NCBI GenBank assembly: GCA_907165135.1
Contig: OU015569.1
Coordinates: 3,534,001 to 3,598,000, forward strand
Direction: 5' to 3'
DNA length: 64,000 bases
Source of the DNA: Oikopleura dioica
Taxonomy: Eukaryota > Animalia > Chordata
Position 1 is the stretch's first letter, and every line of letters begins with the position of its first letter. The notes beneath the pieces are model-generated. The model was not told where the DNA came from and made no database searches. It saw only the letters and a list, made by a program, of their open reading frames with translations. Both the position numbers and the translations under genes were made by a program. Positions 32,773 through 45,356 of this stretch are shown piece after piece.

Positions 32773-35700
32773 AAGTCTACTTACAGTAGGATAGGTAGTT
32801 CAAGGATTGGGGGCTCTTAAACCAACGCTTTTTGAAATCAAAAATTGCATTTGTACTCAAACACCAACGACTGATTATTAAAAATAAGTTTCTATTTTAA
32901 AAATAAACTTGAACAGAAAGCATAACATATAAACGGCTTGAGGTACAGGAGTGCATAGTGACAAAAAAAACTGAATCAGAAAAGTGTTCCAGTTGAGTTG
33001 GACTTCTTCATCGTCGACGAGGGCAATCTAACAGTAGATGAGTCGCCCATGTCCAAATCCTTGAACATTATAAGCGGGTCTTTTTCTTGCTTTTGAGAAA
33101 AGTCGGTGCCCGCATTTGAAGTTGTTTCTGCTTCTTTCTCGGGTGGTTTAACTGACGAGGAGAAGTTTGTCCCTGAAGAGCTTGCTTCTGAGTTCGAAAA
33201 TGTTGTTCCTGATGTTCTTGGAGTTTTATCAAAGCTTGTTTTGGCTAAAGTAATCAATACATTTGCTGAAAGATTGCTTCGACTTACCTGATGGTTTTTT
33301 CAAAGCAGACTTTTTCGTCAATGCCCAGGCGCCTGTTTTACGAAGTTTCGAGGTTTTATCCTTTTCTTCGCCAACAGCAAACTTCACACCCCTCGGAACT
33401 GTTGGATAAGGATTAACCGGGTCAAAGGAGTCATTCGCATTTGAGAAGGAAGTCTCTACCGTCTCTATTTCTACATCTGCGGGAGAGGTGAAAGACGGAT
33501 TATTGAGTCCCTTTTTCAGATGAGTTATTTCCGCGAAAACACTCTCGTCCGACATTCGTCGCCCTGACTTGTCTACGTGGTCGGCCAATCGATCAAGACT
33601 ATCGTCAGAATCAGCAGCGCTGTCTTGCGAATCTCCAGAAATTTCAGAATCGCGGGGTTGTTCGTTCACCCTTTTTAGCCGCTGTTTTTCCTGAAGAAAA
33701 TGTAATCAGTTGAATTTTAAATATTTCATTTCTGATTTCCCTTTCAGTTTGATGTACAAACATTTGATCGAATTTCTATTAATGTTCGTGCGTAACAAGT
33801 TATTACCAGTTTTAATTGCTTTTCTTCGATCGTGCGCCTCTCATCAGGAATTCGGATGTGTGCCATATAATGGTAAAATGTCGATATTCTAAAACAGTAG
33901 TTTTACGCTTCCGCTTTCCAAGTTCTAATGCGACCTGTGAGAAATCATACAAATGAATTGAATGACAATCAAAACAATATAAAAGGCCATAAAGCAAAGA
34001 GTAAGCGGCTGAATTTCAATCTGGTACGTCGGATCTGGCTCCGTGTTATTTAGTCCTGGAAAAAGTCCTGGCCCTCCAGGAAGCAGACTGTCTCGAGGAG
34101 CAAAATGACTGAAGGATGAGAAGGAAATCTGAGCTTCCGTGTCAGGTTCGCAAAAATCAGGAGCATCGTAGCCAATTTGTAGAAGACGATCACCAAATTG
34201 ACGGAGCATCAGTCCGATCGTCTAAGCAATTTATTAGAAGGTTATATTCGGTCAAGAGAGCACGGCGCTTACCATCCACAAGATGTTAGCGACAATGTAG
34301 AAAAGAAAGATATCATTTCTGAATTTAGCAAGTGCTTTCTTTCTTTCATTCTGGAGTCGCTCTTTATCCACGTCAGAATACTCGCTGTCGACAATCTTGA
34401 GATGGCCATTTGCAGGATCCTGCAGACTTTTCCAAAAATTGTATTCTGGATCAGCTAGAGTATAAATTCGTGTTGTTGGCTCGAACGGCGCGTTGGGTTC
34501 CAAAAACCAGGAAAAGTAATCCAAATTACCGCGCATGGCACATTCGCTGTATTCTCTTAGTCGAATCTTGCGTATTTTTATTGTTTCATGATGAGTAGCA
34601 CGGGGAACTGGAGACTATCACTTATGATTTCATGAGAATTCGGAACAGAAATATTACCTTTGACTTTGTTGGATAGGTGAAATACTCAAGGAGAAGGGAC
34701 AAATGAATTGGTTCGGTGATAGTTGACACATTCAGAACTTGAAACAGTTTCCGCATAGTTTTCTATAATACAAATTAACATCATTAAAAACGAATTAATT
34801 GATACCCTTGTAACGCCTCCATAGTTGAGGTAGGATCGTTTCACCAGCTCGGTATCTCTACTCGAGTCATCAATGTCGATAGTCAGAACCTTTTTGATAT
34901 TCTTGTATTGAGAGCTGATTAGTTCATTGAAAGATTTGTTGTGCTTCATCAATGATTTTCTGAGGGAACACGCAGATTTCGACGAGACAACAGACTGCCG
35001 ATTGTCTGTATTTTTTCTTAGCGAGTTGGTTACTCGTCTTTTTGTCAATCGCTTCGTATGAGTACTCGAGTCGGGATTTGCTTTTTCTGTCTGCAATGGC
35101 GTAAAAACTTGAACTGGTTGGGTTGGAGGTGGAGCTAACTTTTTGGGAGATTTTTTCTTTTGCGCAACTGATGTTGTCTTTGTGTAGTCGAATCCTTCGT
35201 CGCGAATATTAAAGCCAAGCTCAGCTGTTGTGTATCTTTTCTTGATTTCTCCTGCTTCTACCGTTGTCGAGCTGTGCAATTCCATATCAGAGTGTCGCCG
35301 TAGTCGATGACTTGATGAATTTTATAGGATGATAATCGAACGGATGGGTACCTGAAATCAAACCATCCGTCTTCGTGGACAACCTCTTTCTTAACAATTT
35401 CTTCTTCATAGTCGTTGTTGTCTTCAGAGCTCTGATCTGTTTGAGTTTGCTGCTCTGCAACTAAAGTTGCTTGTTTGGGTTCTTCTTTGATAATTGAGTC
35501 CTTTTTGAGTGAGTTTCGCGTTAGTTCTAGGTCTTCTTCGTTGTTCGTATTTGGTTTGCTTTCGTTGGGACAGCAGCATTCATTGCAAGAAGATTCGCCT
35601 TAATATTTTCAAAGATAGTTTGATTTTAAAAATCATACCCATGCACATGGAGCAAAAAGAGTTCATAATTCCACCAAATATTCCCATATCTTTCTTCTTC

Positions 35701-38700
35701 TTTGATGCTTCACCCGCGTTTTGTCGTGTTCCCCAAGAAATATCATTAAGATTTGCCACCATATACAGCTGGAGAAATATGAAGCAGCTCGGTATGAACA
35801 TAAAATAAATTATTCCACACATCAAATTAACGATTTCTCCGTGGCTCAGGGCAGCGATTCCATAAATAGCAGCTAAAGCTAAGAAAAAGAGGACATTTGG
35901 ATCAGCAACGCACTCGATCGCGTCAACTAACAACCCAATCATAACAGTGACCATCAGAATCGCATAGATAAATGTCAGGAATGATGCAAGTCCGATCTGC
36001 ACATTTTGGTTGTCGTAAAATCGACAAACTAGGGCAAAAATGACCACAGGGGTGCAAATGATGATGTATGCTAGGGCCGCTTCATCAGTAGGCATTTTGA
36101 TTGCAAAATTAAAGGCCTCAGAAAGCATCATCAGTGTTGTCGAGAGGCCGATAACTGTGAAGATAAGATTGAAGCCTTGGTACAAAACATAAGGAAACGA
36201 GATGTATGGGTTGTTTTTTCTGGCAAGCCATTGTTGCTGTATCAAGTCGTAAATATTTGCAGTAGTGCTCGGTCCCCATCGTTTTCGTTGCTTGAAAAAC
36301 TCCTCTAACTCTTCTGGTGCAAATGTAAAGCAATGTGAACCAGCTTCGTACTCGATTCGACCACCCTGCATAAGCATAAGAGTGCAAAGCCAACGATCTT
36401 CTCCCATGTCATACTGAAGCTTCTGCATCGGCGTTTCTGCATATTGACGGTACCGGGCCATCACGTTGTTGAATCGGAGATGATGGACTCGCATCAATGA
36501 AAAACAGCCTGGCGAGCAAAGAACACATCCCAAAACATGTTCGGTTGCCTTTTGTAGCCAGTGGCCAACTCCATATTCAAAACGTTGGTACCAGTTTATC
36601 CAACCGCCTCCAACGGGATGAATGCGCCCGCAAACAGCAGCCACTTTATCATTTCGAAGCATGCGCTCTAAGCAAAGTTCTAGAGCCGATGGTTTAAATC
36701 GAACATCACCATCCAAAGCTAAGATAAGTCTACTTACAGTAGGATAGGTAGTTCAAGGATTGGGGGCTCTTAAACCAACGCTTTTTGAAATCAAAAATTG
36801 CATTTGTACTCAAACACCAACGACTGATTATTAAAAATAAGTTTCTATTTTAAAAATAAACTTGAACAGAAAGCATAACATATAAACGGCTTGAGGTACA
36901 GGAGTGCATAGTGACAAAAAAAACTGAATCAGAAAAGTGTTCCAGTTGAGTTGGACTTCTTCATCGTCGACGAGGGCAATCTAACAGTAGATGAGTCGCC
37001 CATGTCCAAATCCTTGAACATTATAAGCGGGTCTTTTTCTTGCTTTTGAGAAAAGTCGGTGCCCGCATTTGAAGTTGTTTCTGCTTCTTTCTCGGGTGGT
37101 TTAACTGACGAGGAGAAGTTTGTCCCTGAAGAGCTTGCTTCTGAGTTCGAAAATGTTGTTCCTGATGTTCTTGGAGTTTTATCAAAGCTTGTTTTGGCTA
37201 AAGTAATCAATACATTTGCTGAAAGATTGCTTCGACTTACCTGATGGTTTTTTCAAAGCAGACTTTTTCGTCAATGCCCAGGCGCCTGTTTTACGAAGTT
37301 TCGAGGTTTTATCCTTTTCTTCGCCAACAGCAAACTTCACACCCCTCGGAACTGTTGGATAAGGATTAACCGGGTCAAAGGAGTCATTCGCATTTGAGAA
37401 GGAAGTCTCTACCGTCTCTATTTCTACATCTGCGGGAGAGGTGAAAGACGGATTATTGAGTCCCTTTTTCAGATGAGTTATTTCCGCGAAAACACTCTCG
37501 TCCGACATTCGTCGCCCTGACTTGTCTACGTGGTCGGCCAATCGATCAAGACTATCGTCAGAATCAGCAGCGCTGTCTTGCGAATCTCCAGAAATTTCAG
37601 AATCGCGGGGTTGTTCGTTCACCCTTTTTAGCCGCTGTTTTTCCTGAAGAAAATGTAATCAGTTGAATTTTAAATATTTCATTTCTGATTTCCCTTTCAG
37701 TTTGATGTACAAACATTTGATCGAATTTCTATTAATGTTCGTGCGTAACAAGTTATTACCAGTTTTAATTGCTTTTCTTCGATCGTGCGCCTCTCATCAG
37801 GAATTCGGATGTGTGCCATATAATGGTAAAATGTCGATATTCTAAAACAGTAGTTTTACGCTTCCGCTTTCCAAGTTCTAATGCGACCTGTGAGAAATCA
37901 TACAAATGAATTGAATGACAATCAAAACAATATAAAAGGCCATAAAGCAAAGAGTAAGCGGCTGAATTTCAATCTGGTACGTCGGATCTGGCTCCGTGTT
38001 ATTTAGTCCTGGAAAAAGTCCTGGCCCTCCAGGAAGCAGACTGTCTCGAGGAGCAAAATGACTGAAGGATGAGAAGGAAATCTGAGCTTCCGTGTCAGGT
38101 TCGCAAAAATCAGGAGCATCGTAGCCAATTTGTAGAAGACGATCACCAAATTGACGGAGCATCAGTCCGATCGTCTAAGCAATTTATTAGAAGGTTATAT
38201 TCGGTCAAGAGAGCACGGCGCTTACCATCCACAAGATGTTAGCGACAATGTAGAAAAGAAAGATATCATTTCTGAATTTAGCAAGTGCTTTCTTTCTTTC
38301 ATTCTGGAGTCGCTCTTTATCCACGTCAGAATACTCGCTGTCGACAATCTTGAGATGGCCATTTGCAGGATCCTGCAGACTTTTCCAAAAATTGTATTCT
38401 GGATCAGCTAGAGTATAAATTCGTGTTGTTGGCTCGAACGGCGCGTTGGGTTCCAAAAACCAGGAAAAGTAATCCAAATTACCGCGCATGGCACATTCGC
38501 TGTATTCTCTTAGTCGAATCTTGCGTATTTTTATTGTTTCATGATGAGTAGCACGGGGAACTGGAGACTATCACTTATGATTTCATGAGAATTCGGAACA
38601 GAAATATTACCTTTGACTTTGTTGGATAGGTGAAATACTCAAGGAGAAGGGACAAATGAATTGGTTCGGTGATAGTTGACACATTCAGAACTTGAAACAG

Positions 38701-40677
38701 TTTCCGCATAGTTTTCTATAATACAAATTAACATCATTAAAAACGAATTAATTGATACCCTTGTAACGCCTCCATAGTTGAGGTAGGATCGTTTCACCAG
38801 CTCGGTATCTCTACTCGAGTCATCAATGTCGATAGTCAGAACCTTTTTGATATTCTTGTATTGAGAGCTGATTAGTTCATTGAAAGATTTGTTGTGCTTC
38901 ATCAATGATTTTCTGAGGGAACACGCAGATTTCGACGAGACAACAGACTGCCGATTGTCTGTATTTTTTCTTAGCGAGTTGGTTACTCGTCTTTTTGTCA
39001 ATCGCTTCGTATGAGTACTCGAGTCGGGATTTGCTTTTTCTGTCTGCAATGGCGTAAAAACTTGAACTGGTTGGGTTGGAGGTGGAGCTAACTTTTTGGG
39101 AGATTTTTTCTTTTGCGCAACTGATGTTGTCTTTGTGTAGTCGAATCCTTCGTCGCGAATATTAAAGCCAAGCTCAGCTGTTGTGTATCTTTTCTTGATT
39201 TCTCCTGCTTCTACCGTTGTCGAGCTGTGCAATTCCATATCAGAGTGTCGCCGTAGTCGATGACTTGATGAATTTTATAGGATGATAATCGAACGGATGG
39301 GTACCTGAAATCAAACCATCCGTCTTCGTGGACAACCTCTTTCTTAACAATTTCTTCTTCATAGTCGTTGTTGTCTTCAGAGCTCTGATCTGTTTGAGTT
39401 TGCTGCTCTGCAACTAAAGTTGCTTGTTTGGGTTCTTCTTTGATAATTGAGTCCTTTTTGAGTGAGTTTCGCGTTAGTTCTAGGTCTTCTTCGTTGTTCG
39501 TATTTGGTTTGCTTTCGTTGGGACAGCAGCATTCATTGCAAGAAGATTCGCCTTAATATTTTCAAAGATAGTTTGATTTTAAAAATCATACCCATGCACA
39601 TGGAGCAAAAAGAGTTCATAATTCCACCAAATATTCCCATATCTTTCTTCTTCTTTGATGCTTCACCCGCGTTTTGTCGTGTTCCCCAAGAAATATCATT
39701 AAGATTTGCCACCATATACAGCTGGAGAAATATGAAGCAGCTCGGTATGAACATAAAATAAATTATTCCACACATCAAATTAACGATTTCTCCGTGGCTC
39801 AGGGCAGCGATTCCATAAATAGCAGCTAAAGCTAAGAAAAAGAGGACATTTGGATCAGCAACGCACTCGATCGCGTCAACTAACAACCCAATCATAACAG
39901 TGACCATCAGAATCGCATAGATAAATGTCAGGAATGATGCAAGTCCGATCTGCACATTTTGGTTGTCGTAAAATCGACAAACTAGGGCAAAAATGACCAC
40001 AGGGGTGCAAATGATGATGTATGCTAGGGCCGCTTCATCAGTAGGCATTTTGATTGCAAAATTAAAGGCCTCAGAAAGCATCATCAGTGTTGTCGAGAGG
40101 CCGATAACTGTGAAGATAAGATTGAAGCCTTGGTACAAAACATAAGGAAACGAGATGTATGGGTTGTTTTTCTGGCAAGCCATTGTTGCTGTATCAAGTC
40201 GTAAATATTTGCAGTAGTGCTCGGTCCCCATCGTTTTCGTTGCTTGAAAAACTCCTCTAACTCTTCTGGTGCAAATGTAAAGCAATGTGAACCAGCTTCG
40301 TACTCGATTCGACCACCCTGCATAAGCATAAGAGTGCAAAGCCAACGATCTTCTCCCATGTCATACTGAAGCTTCTGCATCGGCGTTTCTGCATATTGAC
40401 GGTACCGGGCCATCACGTTGTTGAATCGGAGATGATGGACTCGCATCAATGAAAAACAGCCTGGCGAGCAAAGAACACATCCCAAAACATGTTCGGTTGC
40501 CTTTTGTAGCCAGTGGCCAACTCCATATTCAAAACGTTGGTACCAGTTTATCCAACCGCCTCCAACGGGATGAATGCGCCCGCAAACAGCAGCCACTTTA
40601 TCATTTCGAAGCATGCGCTCTAAGCAAAGTTCTAGAGCCGATGGTTTAAATCGAACATCACCATCCAAAGCTAAGAT
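32773..40677. repeat. Direct tandem duplication, unit 3,953 bp (32773-36725 and 36726-40677)
   Basis: The ORF set recurs at a +3953 offset with identical translations except at one T-run; junction ...AAGCTAAGAT/AAGTCTACTTAC with 1-bp microhomology. Confidence 0.95.
32976..36725 (-). pseudogene. 5'-truncated duplicate of the chitin synthase 3' half (or an assembly duplicate)
   Basis: Begins mid-exon at ILALDGDVRFK; contains GEDRW and QRKRW and all downstream exons; no start or promoter. Confidence 0.7.
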
Positions 40678-43459
40678 ATACGTTTTCTTTCTTTCCAAGT
40701 GTTCACTCTTTCCTTGTCCACCAGGCATGCTATACTTGCATGCATCCATCTTCCAGCCGATCAAATAATACATATACATGACCTGACTCCATCGCTTTCC
40801 CTTTTGGACAAGTTCTGCGTCCTTCAAGTGCACATGCATATTTGTCTGCCCAAAACTATAGTCTATCCGACCGCCATAAGGTGTAACCATCAAGACTTCA
40901 GTATTGATAACTTCAGATACACGTTCTTGTATTACTAGCTTCTTCAAAATCCGCTTGAACTGCTTGACAAAAAAATTAACGACTTTGTGTTCGTTTCCAC
41001 CATCGTCTGTCCAAATTTCATAACAATTGTCAAATAGAATATGGATTTCGATATTATAAAAATCACTGAGGTTCTTGCTACGTCGTTCTTCAACAGTTTT
41101 GATCAGTCGTATAAGAGATGTCATCAGAGTTGTCATTTCGGCTTCGTTTTCGTGCCAAAGAGTGGTGCAGACAAAGACCATTGGGATCGTTTGACCTTTG
41201 TTCCATAAGGCAGTTTTTATAGTGGTCCGTGAGCGATCAAAATTTACAGTCAACCGGGAAACTCGCTCTTCATATGTCTCCACTTCTTCCATGTCGACCG
41301 TATTCCGGTTCAGTATAACATCGAGTGCTGTGAACATTGCCCTGTATCCAGGGAGTATCATTATTTGCCGATCAAGTGCGTAAGTAGTTGAGTAGTCGGA
41401 CCAGATGTGTTCGGAAAGAATGATGAAAGAGAAAGTTCCGCAAACGATTCCAATGATGATTAAGTTGGTCGTAACAGCATCCGGAATCGTTGGATACCAA
41501 AGGTCACTTACTTCAAATATCTCGAAACATAACTGAAGAGCACATGCTGCTGGTGTCGCTAACAGCAGTGGAGCGCTAAAGCAGGCATACTGCAGTTTAA
41601 GTTTCACTGCAAGACGAGCAAAGTAAGAAGTAAGGAAGCCGGAAATGAGATGAACGCATACGAGAACGTCCATCCAACCTGCCTCAGTTAAACCATTCTC
41701 ATCTGTTTGGAACACCCCTAATAAAACATTTATTTGACTAGATGATACAGCAGCCATTTTGCTAATAAAATTTGTGGAAAGCTCTAATTATCCAAACAGG
41801 AGCTACGATATTAGGAGTGCTAACAGAGCTGGCAAAACTAAAAGCTCAAACATTTTCAGAACGAGTGAACTTTCGAAGCTCAAAAGATAGATTTGATTTC
41901 ACGAATTAAAATCCTTCGAGAATCTTCTATGATTTCAATAGAAACCTAACCTTCATAATGTTCGTGACTGAAGATGTTTGTCAGGGTCCCATCTTTAACA
42001 TAAACGGAAACAACAAACACAATCGTTATGACCACCATCTTGATTGACGAAATCATTGCGTAGAGTGGAAATATCTGAAGAGTAGGGTCCACGACTTGGG
42101 TATCAACCACATCAAATAATTGCGCCAAAGCTTTCTCCATCCCCAAAATCTCATTTGCACACTTCTTGACCTTTGAGCTGTCTGGTAATAATCTGGCAAA
42201 GTTCTTCCACCAAATTCCGCTCATTAAAATTATGCTCAGCGGAGCTAGACTTTTGAAAGGGTTAATCGAAATACAGTATTCCCATAAGTGTTTAAATAAT
42301 GAGCGAGAATTGACGGAAACGATATTTTCGATTACCCTAAATGAGATCGTAGACCATAAAGTTTGGAGACATAAAGACGGCGGCGATAATTGCTGCGGCT
42401 CCAGCAATGAAGGCAAGCACACAGACAGAACATTTCACGATTTTTAAAGTTTTATCTCTTCGCCAACGCAAATCTCTTACAGTAAGTCTTCAATATCTCT
42501 TTCAAGTAAACATTAAAACACATTCGCTTGATGTTAAATCATAAGACCTTCCTGAATTCTGAAAATTCCGCGACTATTTTGAAGATAAGCGGGACAAAAG
42601 TAACAAGTTGTCCAGATGCAATAATCAGGGGTCTTACCATGAGAGGGCAGATAAAGAAAGCGAAAATGCTTAGAAAATATAATTTCATCGTCAAATGAAA
42701 AAACAAAAAACCTTTGTGCTGCTACGAAAACCAATTCTAGTCCGGCAGGGAGCAAAATATGAAACCAGTCGATACTCTTGTCATTTTTTCGTATCAGCTG
42801 CGCCTGACGAAATATGCAGAAGTAAATGCAATTTGCGAAAGTATAAAGATTCGGGAGAATGAGCGCAAGCCAGAGATTGAAGCTATATCTTCCTAAAAGC
42901 TCGGGAGTAAATGCTGGCAGCTCAGAGAAAAGACTCTGTGCTCTGCCTACAGCTGGCACTAGATGAGAGGCGAGGACTGAAAATGTTCCCTGTTGTGTGA
43001 CCGCAGCTCTAAATGTTTTGTTTCATTTATAACAATTAATTTATTTACCCAAAAGTCAAAGCACTTAGAGTGAGCGCGAAGAGTACTCTCAGAAATATCT
43101 TCCAGTAGTGAATGAAGAAGGATATCTCTTCCGAGGTGTCCGGGTCTGCGCGAGCTTTGTTCCAATCTTTATCCTTGAAGGGATTTTTATCGACAAGACT
43201 CTCATCTTCTTGTAGAACACGCTCACTCTCAGCCCCACTGTTATCCGAGTTCAAAAATTATCGTTAGAGTTGGGTCAACAAAGAAACGTTTGAAACTCGT
43301 ACTTAGGTCACTTACATCGTCTGAAGGCTGCCGGCTCAGAAATGATCCGGCTGATTGTGCTGATCGAACGGAAGCTGCAGATGGTCGTGTAAGGTTAAAT
43401 CTGACAGTGGTCCTCGATCTCTCCTTTGGAATGTTTTCTGATGATTTTCTCTGTTCCAT
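36929..43459 (-). CDS. CHS: Chitin synthase (GT2), multi-exon; apparent 1-nt frameshift at 40167-40171; 5' start approximate
   Basis: CTTLWHE, HLKD..LVQKGKRWSQVMYMYYL, LALDGDV, CGRIHP, QRFEY...HWLQKATEHVLGCVLCSPGCFSL.R, QYDMGEDRWLCTL, QRKRW, NLNDISWGTR; multiple TM segments at both ends. Confidence 0.93.
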
Positions 43460-43789
43460 AGTTTAGAAATGGCTCACCTGGACCATGAAATAAACCGTTT
43501 TCTTGTTTCACTTCAGCTGAAATTGTTTGATATTCCTGAAACACACACTAGCACCTGTTTAAACGCGCACTTAGGCAATGATAGTGCTGCAGGACAGTGG
43601 CATTTGCGGGGCAGTTAGCCAGGAGACGCAAAGGAAAGCACCATGATCACACAACTTACCAACTAATCACTGTAAATGTTATTCTAAGACTGTGAACTCT
43701 TCCTTACATCGTTCAAACGGTTCGCTTTCAGAATAAATGAATAGTTTAGTTGTTACGTGGCAAATACTTTTTTTTAATTTATAGCTAAA

Positions 43790-43845
43790 CAAGGGATGAA
43801 ATTATGGCTAAATTTTCTGGCGGCACCGGCACGGCACAACCCGGT
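43790..43845 (+). mobile_element. Diverged 5' fragment of the same MITE family as 28230-28323
   Basis: CAAGGGATGAAATTATGGCTAAATTTTCTGGCGGCACCGGCACGGCACAACCC aligns with CAGGGATGGAACTATGGCCGAATTTTCCGGCGGCAACGGCACGGCACGACCC. Confidence 0.65.
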
Positions 43846-44071
43846 GGTGGTAGTGCCTTTACTCGATGAGTGTAGTGCGCATGCGACATAAGAAGAGGAA
43901 AACAAATTCCCGACTCGACTCATTTTTTGCTGACCCGGAAGATTACCTGATTGGCCCCTAATTCGCCATCGCAAGAGATCTCGAGGAATTTCAACGGTGA
44001 TTCGTCCTAACTCACCTAAAAAAGTAGACGTATTACTGCCAGTACGTTTTAATAGGAACTCTGATTCAGAT

Positions 44072-45105
44072 ATGGACTGGAAAAATGCGGGTCGCAGAAG
44101 AGAAGAAACCTCACGAAGCCTATACGAAGAAGGTAATTTTTCACCTTACTCTTTGCGAGATAAGAACATGAAATTCTCACCGTGTTTTTGAGGGAGTTAG
44201 CAATTATTTAAGATCTTTCTGATGGACCACTTATGAACAAGGAACCATCTTCCCTCGACGATTCTCGCCGATTCGCGAAAAGAATAATCGCCATCGGGAT
44301 TTCTGAAATCTGTAGAAGAAGATTGGCCATTCCAGATGAGGAGTTCCTCGTCCGATGTGCCAGTTATCGTGGAACGATAGTCAAGGTATGACTTCAATTT
44401 CGATTGATTCGCTATGTTTATTTTCAGGTGTTGCATCCATTTATAGAGGGCAAAGATAGGAGAACGAATCGAGTAAGGAGATGGCTACGAACGATTTTAG
44501 ACTTGACCGAAAAGGACTGGCTGGAAAGCGTTTCTTTAGTGATTTGCAAAGAGGTAGAGATTTATCTTCTCGCGGTTATCTTGAGTCCATGATTTTTAGA
44601 AGTGCCGCCGATGTGCATTGAATCGATGGAGGGACACGCATTGTGCCAAATGCACCACTGAGAATCCAACGGAAGTCTATAATTTCCAGGTGGAAAAGTC
44701 TCTCTCGGGTGAAGTCAACGAGCAAGGGATCATCGATGATGTTCGGGTCGAGTTAACGAAAATTAGCGACAAGATGGTGTTTCAAAATTCCACACAAGAG
44801 CTTATCGAAGGAATCAAAAACAAAAACTTCACTTGTTACCCGCCAGGAACAAAACTATACTATGCGATAGTAAGGCAGCTAAACCGTTTTCCGCAAAATA
44901 TTTTTCTTAGCGTTTAACCTTGAACAAGAATGCGCCAGCCGTTTACAACGATGATCTGGGTGATCTCTGTGACCATGGCTGGCTCAACGGGTCAAAGCTC
45001 AGGAGAGTCAAAAATCCTTGCACCCCTCTTTCATATAAAGTCAAGACAAGGTTTCACGAGATTTCTGTCACTGGAATAGAGACTGCGGTCACTTATGATT
45101 GGTAG
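44072..45105 (+). CDS. HORMA-domain protein, Hop1/HORMAD-like
   Basis: DSRRFAKRIIAIGISEICRRRLAIPDEEF, TIVKVLHP, RVRRWLRTILDLTEKDWLESVSLVI, PTEVYNFQV, VKTRFHEISV align by eye with HORMAD1 [78 protein letters not shown]. Confidence 0.7.
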
Positions 45106-45356
45106 TCTCTGTCTCCGTTTCTTTTTTACTTGCAACTGCCCATCATTTGTTATGTACTCAGGCCCAAACCGAGCAGATAATATGAGCTGGAACCTCCAGC
45201 ATGGAGGGTGCAAATTTTGTCGCTTTTCCCATTTCCGAATCTTCCTCGCTTCTGATTGGGCGCTCCAATCAAGAGCGCGCCCCGAATTTCTCGAGATCAG
45301 CCAGTTTGTTCTTTTTAGAGTTTGATTACGACTAAAATTCCTTTTTTTATCCTAGA

